Assembly: GCA_937890335.1 (NCBI GenBank)
Contig: CALBXO010000741.1
Coordinates: 1 to 51,251, forward strand
Source of the DNA: an uncultured Pseudomonadota bacterium
GTDB taxonomy: Bacteria > Myxococcota_A > Bradymonadia > Bradymonadales > GCA-2716585
Direction: 5' to 3'
Length of the DNA stretch: 51,251 nt
Made by a program: the position numbers and the translations under genes. The notes under the pieces are model-generated. The model searched no databases. It had not been told where the DNA came from and worked only from the letters and a program-made list of their open reading frames with translations. Positions 49,806-51,251 of this stretch are shown in pieces (the first letter of the stretch is position 1; the number at the start of each line of letters is the position of its first letter).

Positions 49806-51152
49806 TCAGGGCTCGCCCTGTGCGCCACGCAGGACCTCCAATACCTCCCAGCGCCGCTGGTAGAGTCCCTGGTCGCAGAGATCGTCCACGGGGCTTCCGC
49901 CGGGACGCAGCGCCGCGATGATGGCCTCGGCATCCTCCTCAAACCGCGCGCGAAGCGCTTCGAGGGGGAGCGTATTCGGCGTCGTCATCAGCTCGTCCAG
50001 CCACAGCGGGTCCGAGGTACCGAGCCCCAGATCAGGCATTCCAGGACTCGCCGCTGCCAGAATCCGGAAGCCCGGCGCGACGTAGAAGTTCTGCACCACA
50101 TTCCACGCCTCGAGCAGCGCCTCCATGGGTTCAAACCCCTCCCCGATGCACTGGGAGACGATCTCATCACGCCACGGCGGGGACCAGAGGAGAAAGTCAG
50201 GGTCCAGCGCGCCCTGGACGCCGTAGAACACGACCTCCGCCCCGCCCTGGCGCAGCTTCTCCGCGATCCAGGTGAAGTCCACATCCCAGGTGAGGTCAAT
50301 GAGGCTCGGCGTCTCGAAGGGATCGTGCTCCCGCTGCCCGCCGTAGGTGCGAATGTGGGGTTCACGCGTGCCCGTGTCCCAGATGTGCTGCGCGGCGCCA
50401 CCGTAGTCGAAGACAAACGCAGCCGCGCGCGCGCCCGGCTCCGCGAGGAGCGCCCCCATCGCCAGCGCAATGGGCGCCGTCTCGGGACCGTGGGCCGCCA
50501 CCATCTGCGCGCGGTCGGGGCGCACGTCCGCGCGGGCCTCCAGGTAGGGCTCCCCGTCCACGGCCTCCCACGCGCCGTACCAGACCCGATCCTGCTCCGG
50601 GTCGTCCAGCACGACGTCGATCGGGTCGTCCGTGCCAACGACCAGCCGTTCCCGCACCCCGTCGCACACGCGGTAGACGTCTGCGGCGAGGGCGTCGAAG
50701 AGCTCGTTGGCGACGAGCGCACCTACAAACGGGCGCGGCAGCACATCGCACAGGTCTTGCGCCGACGCGTGCACAAACTCCACGCCCTCCACTTCGAGGT
50801 TCGCGTCACTCTTGTCCAGCGCGATCACGCGCAGGTCGGACGCCCACTCCGGGCGCTCGCGGCGAAGGGCATTGCCGATGTCACGGAGAAACTTTCCGTG
50901 GCCTGCAGCCACGTCCACCACGCAGAACGGGCCCCCCTCCCAATAGCTCAGGATACGCCGCGCGACGAGCTCGCCAAACCAGGGGGACAGCCGGTGGGGG
51001 TAGGTCCAGAAGTCGCCGCCGTAGCCAAAGTCGACTTCGCCGCTGCTGTAATAGCCCCATTGGGGGTCATACAGGCTGCGCTCCATGAAAGTGGAGAACG
51101 GGACCATGCCGGGGCGAGGCTCCGGCAGCATCGTCAGGAAGGCGTCCAACAT
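49806..51152 (-). CDS. MidA/NDUFAF7-family (DUF185) SAM-dependent methyltransferase
   Basis: I take the start at ATG 51150-51152 (MLDAFLTMLPEPRPGMVPFSTFMERSLYDPQWGYYSSG...). The FMExxLYxPxxGYY N-terminal block and the VVDVAAGHGKF motif I are characteristic of this family. Confidence 0.75.
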   Translation of the reverse strand: MLDAFLTMLPEPRPGMVPFSTFMERSLYDPQWGYYSSGEVDFGYGGDFWTYPHRLSPWFGELVARRILSYWEGGPFCVVDVAAGHGKFLRDIGNALRRERPEWASDLRVIALDKSDANLEVEGVEFVHASAQDLCDVLPRPFVGALVANELFDALAADVYRVCDGVRERLVVGTDDPIDVVLDDPEQDRVWYGAWEAVDGEPYLEARADVRPDRAQMVAAHGPETAPIALAMGALLAEPGARAAAFVFDYGGAAQHIWDTGTREPHIRTYGGQREHDPFETPSLIDLTWDVDFTWIAEKLRQGGAEVVFYGVQGALDPDFLLWSPPWRDEIVSQCIGEGFEPMEALLEAWNVVQNFYVAPGFRILAAASPGMPDLGLGTSDPLWLDELMTTPNTLPLEALRARFEEDAEAIIAALRPGGSPVDDLCDQGLYQRRWEVLEVLRGAQGEP

Positions 51153-51251
51153 GGCAAAGGAGATTGCTGCAGCGGCGCAGCCAGTCAAGGCCTAGCAGGT
51201 GAGTGGTGTTTTTCGCGGACCGAGCCGGGGCGAGACAAACGGTGCCGAATT

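Overview
This is a high-GC, densely coding 51-kb window. I infer a Myxococcota-like origin from the gene content: a MopE-type Cys-rich repeat lipoprotein, many lipobox lipoproteins, RNase Y, and an alpha-2-macroglobulin/PBP1C pair. About 38 coding regions are credible, two of them disrupted as written. I saw no rRNA, tRNA, CRISPR array, transposase or integrase. Most long opposite-strand ORFs in the track are GC-driven shadow ORFs.

Housekeeping blocks:
- polA-ppa plus a lipoprotein (0.2-4.6 kb).
- Alpha-2-macroglobulin and pbpC (17.6-25.8 kb).
- A translationally coupled chain from tyrS through an M61-like pseudo-peptidase and an esterase to yigZ (25.9-30.2 kb).
- rny, a 5-formyl-THF cyclo-ligase and zapA (30.3-32.9 kb).
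- A gamma-carbonic-anhydrase-like protein, a 2Fe-2S ferredoxin-like protein and a MidA-type methyltransferase.

Accessory blocks:
1. 4.7-17.4 kb is the most interesting region. It holds a DUF4157 protein with a second zinc-peptidase motif, followed directly by a secreted LRR protein. It also holds a SAM-methyltransferase joined to an Afp15/Pvc15-like double AAA+ ATPase. These are bracketed by two paralogous CxxCxxCC (YkgJ/FliB-type) proteins, each next to a STAND or helical-repeat protein. Three tandem 4-TM paralogs follow, two of them with a conserved leader. No contractile-injection structural genes are present.
2. 33.1-36.0 kb is a response regulator, hybrid histidine kinase, response regulator operon. 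The kinase is split by a frameshift.
3. 39.3-49.4 kb is a cell-surface operon: a 1514-aa MopE-repeat lipoprotein, a giant IPT/TIG-Kelch lipoprotein and an outer-membrane beta-barrel. An exact 26-bp tandem duplication breaks the giant gene.

A 38-bp tandem repeat array sits at 131-300.
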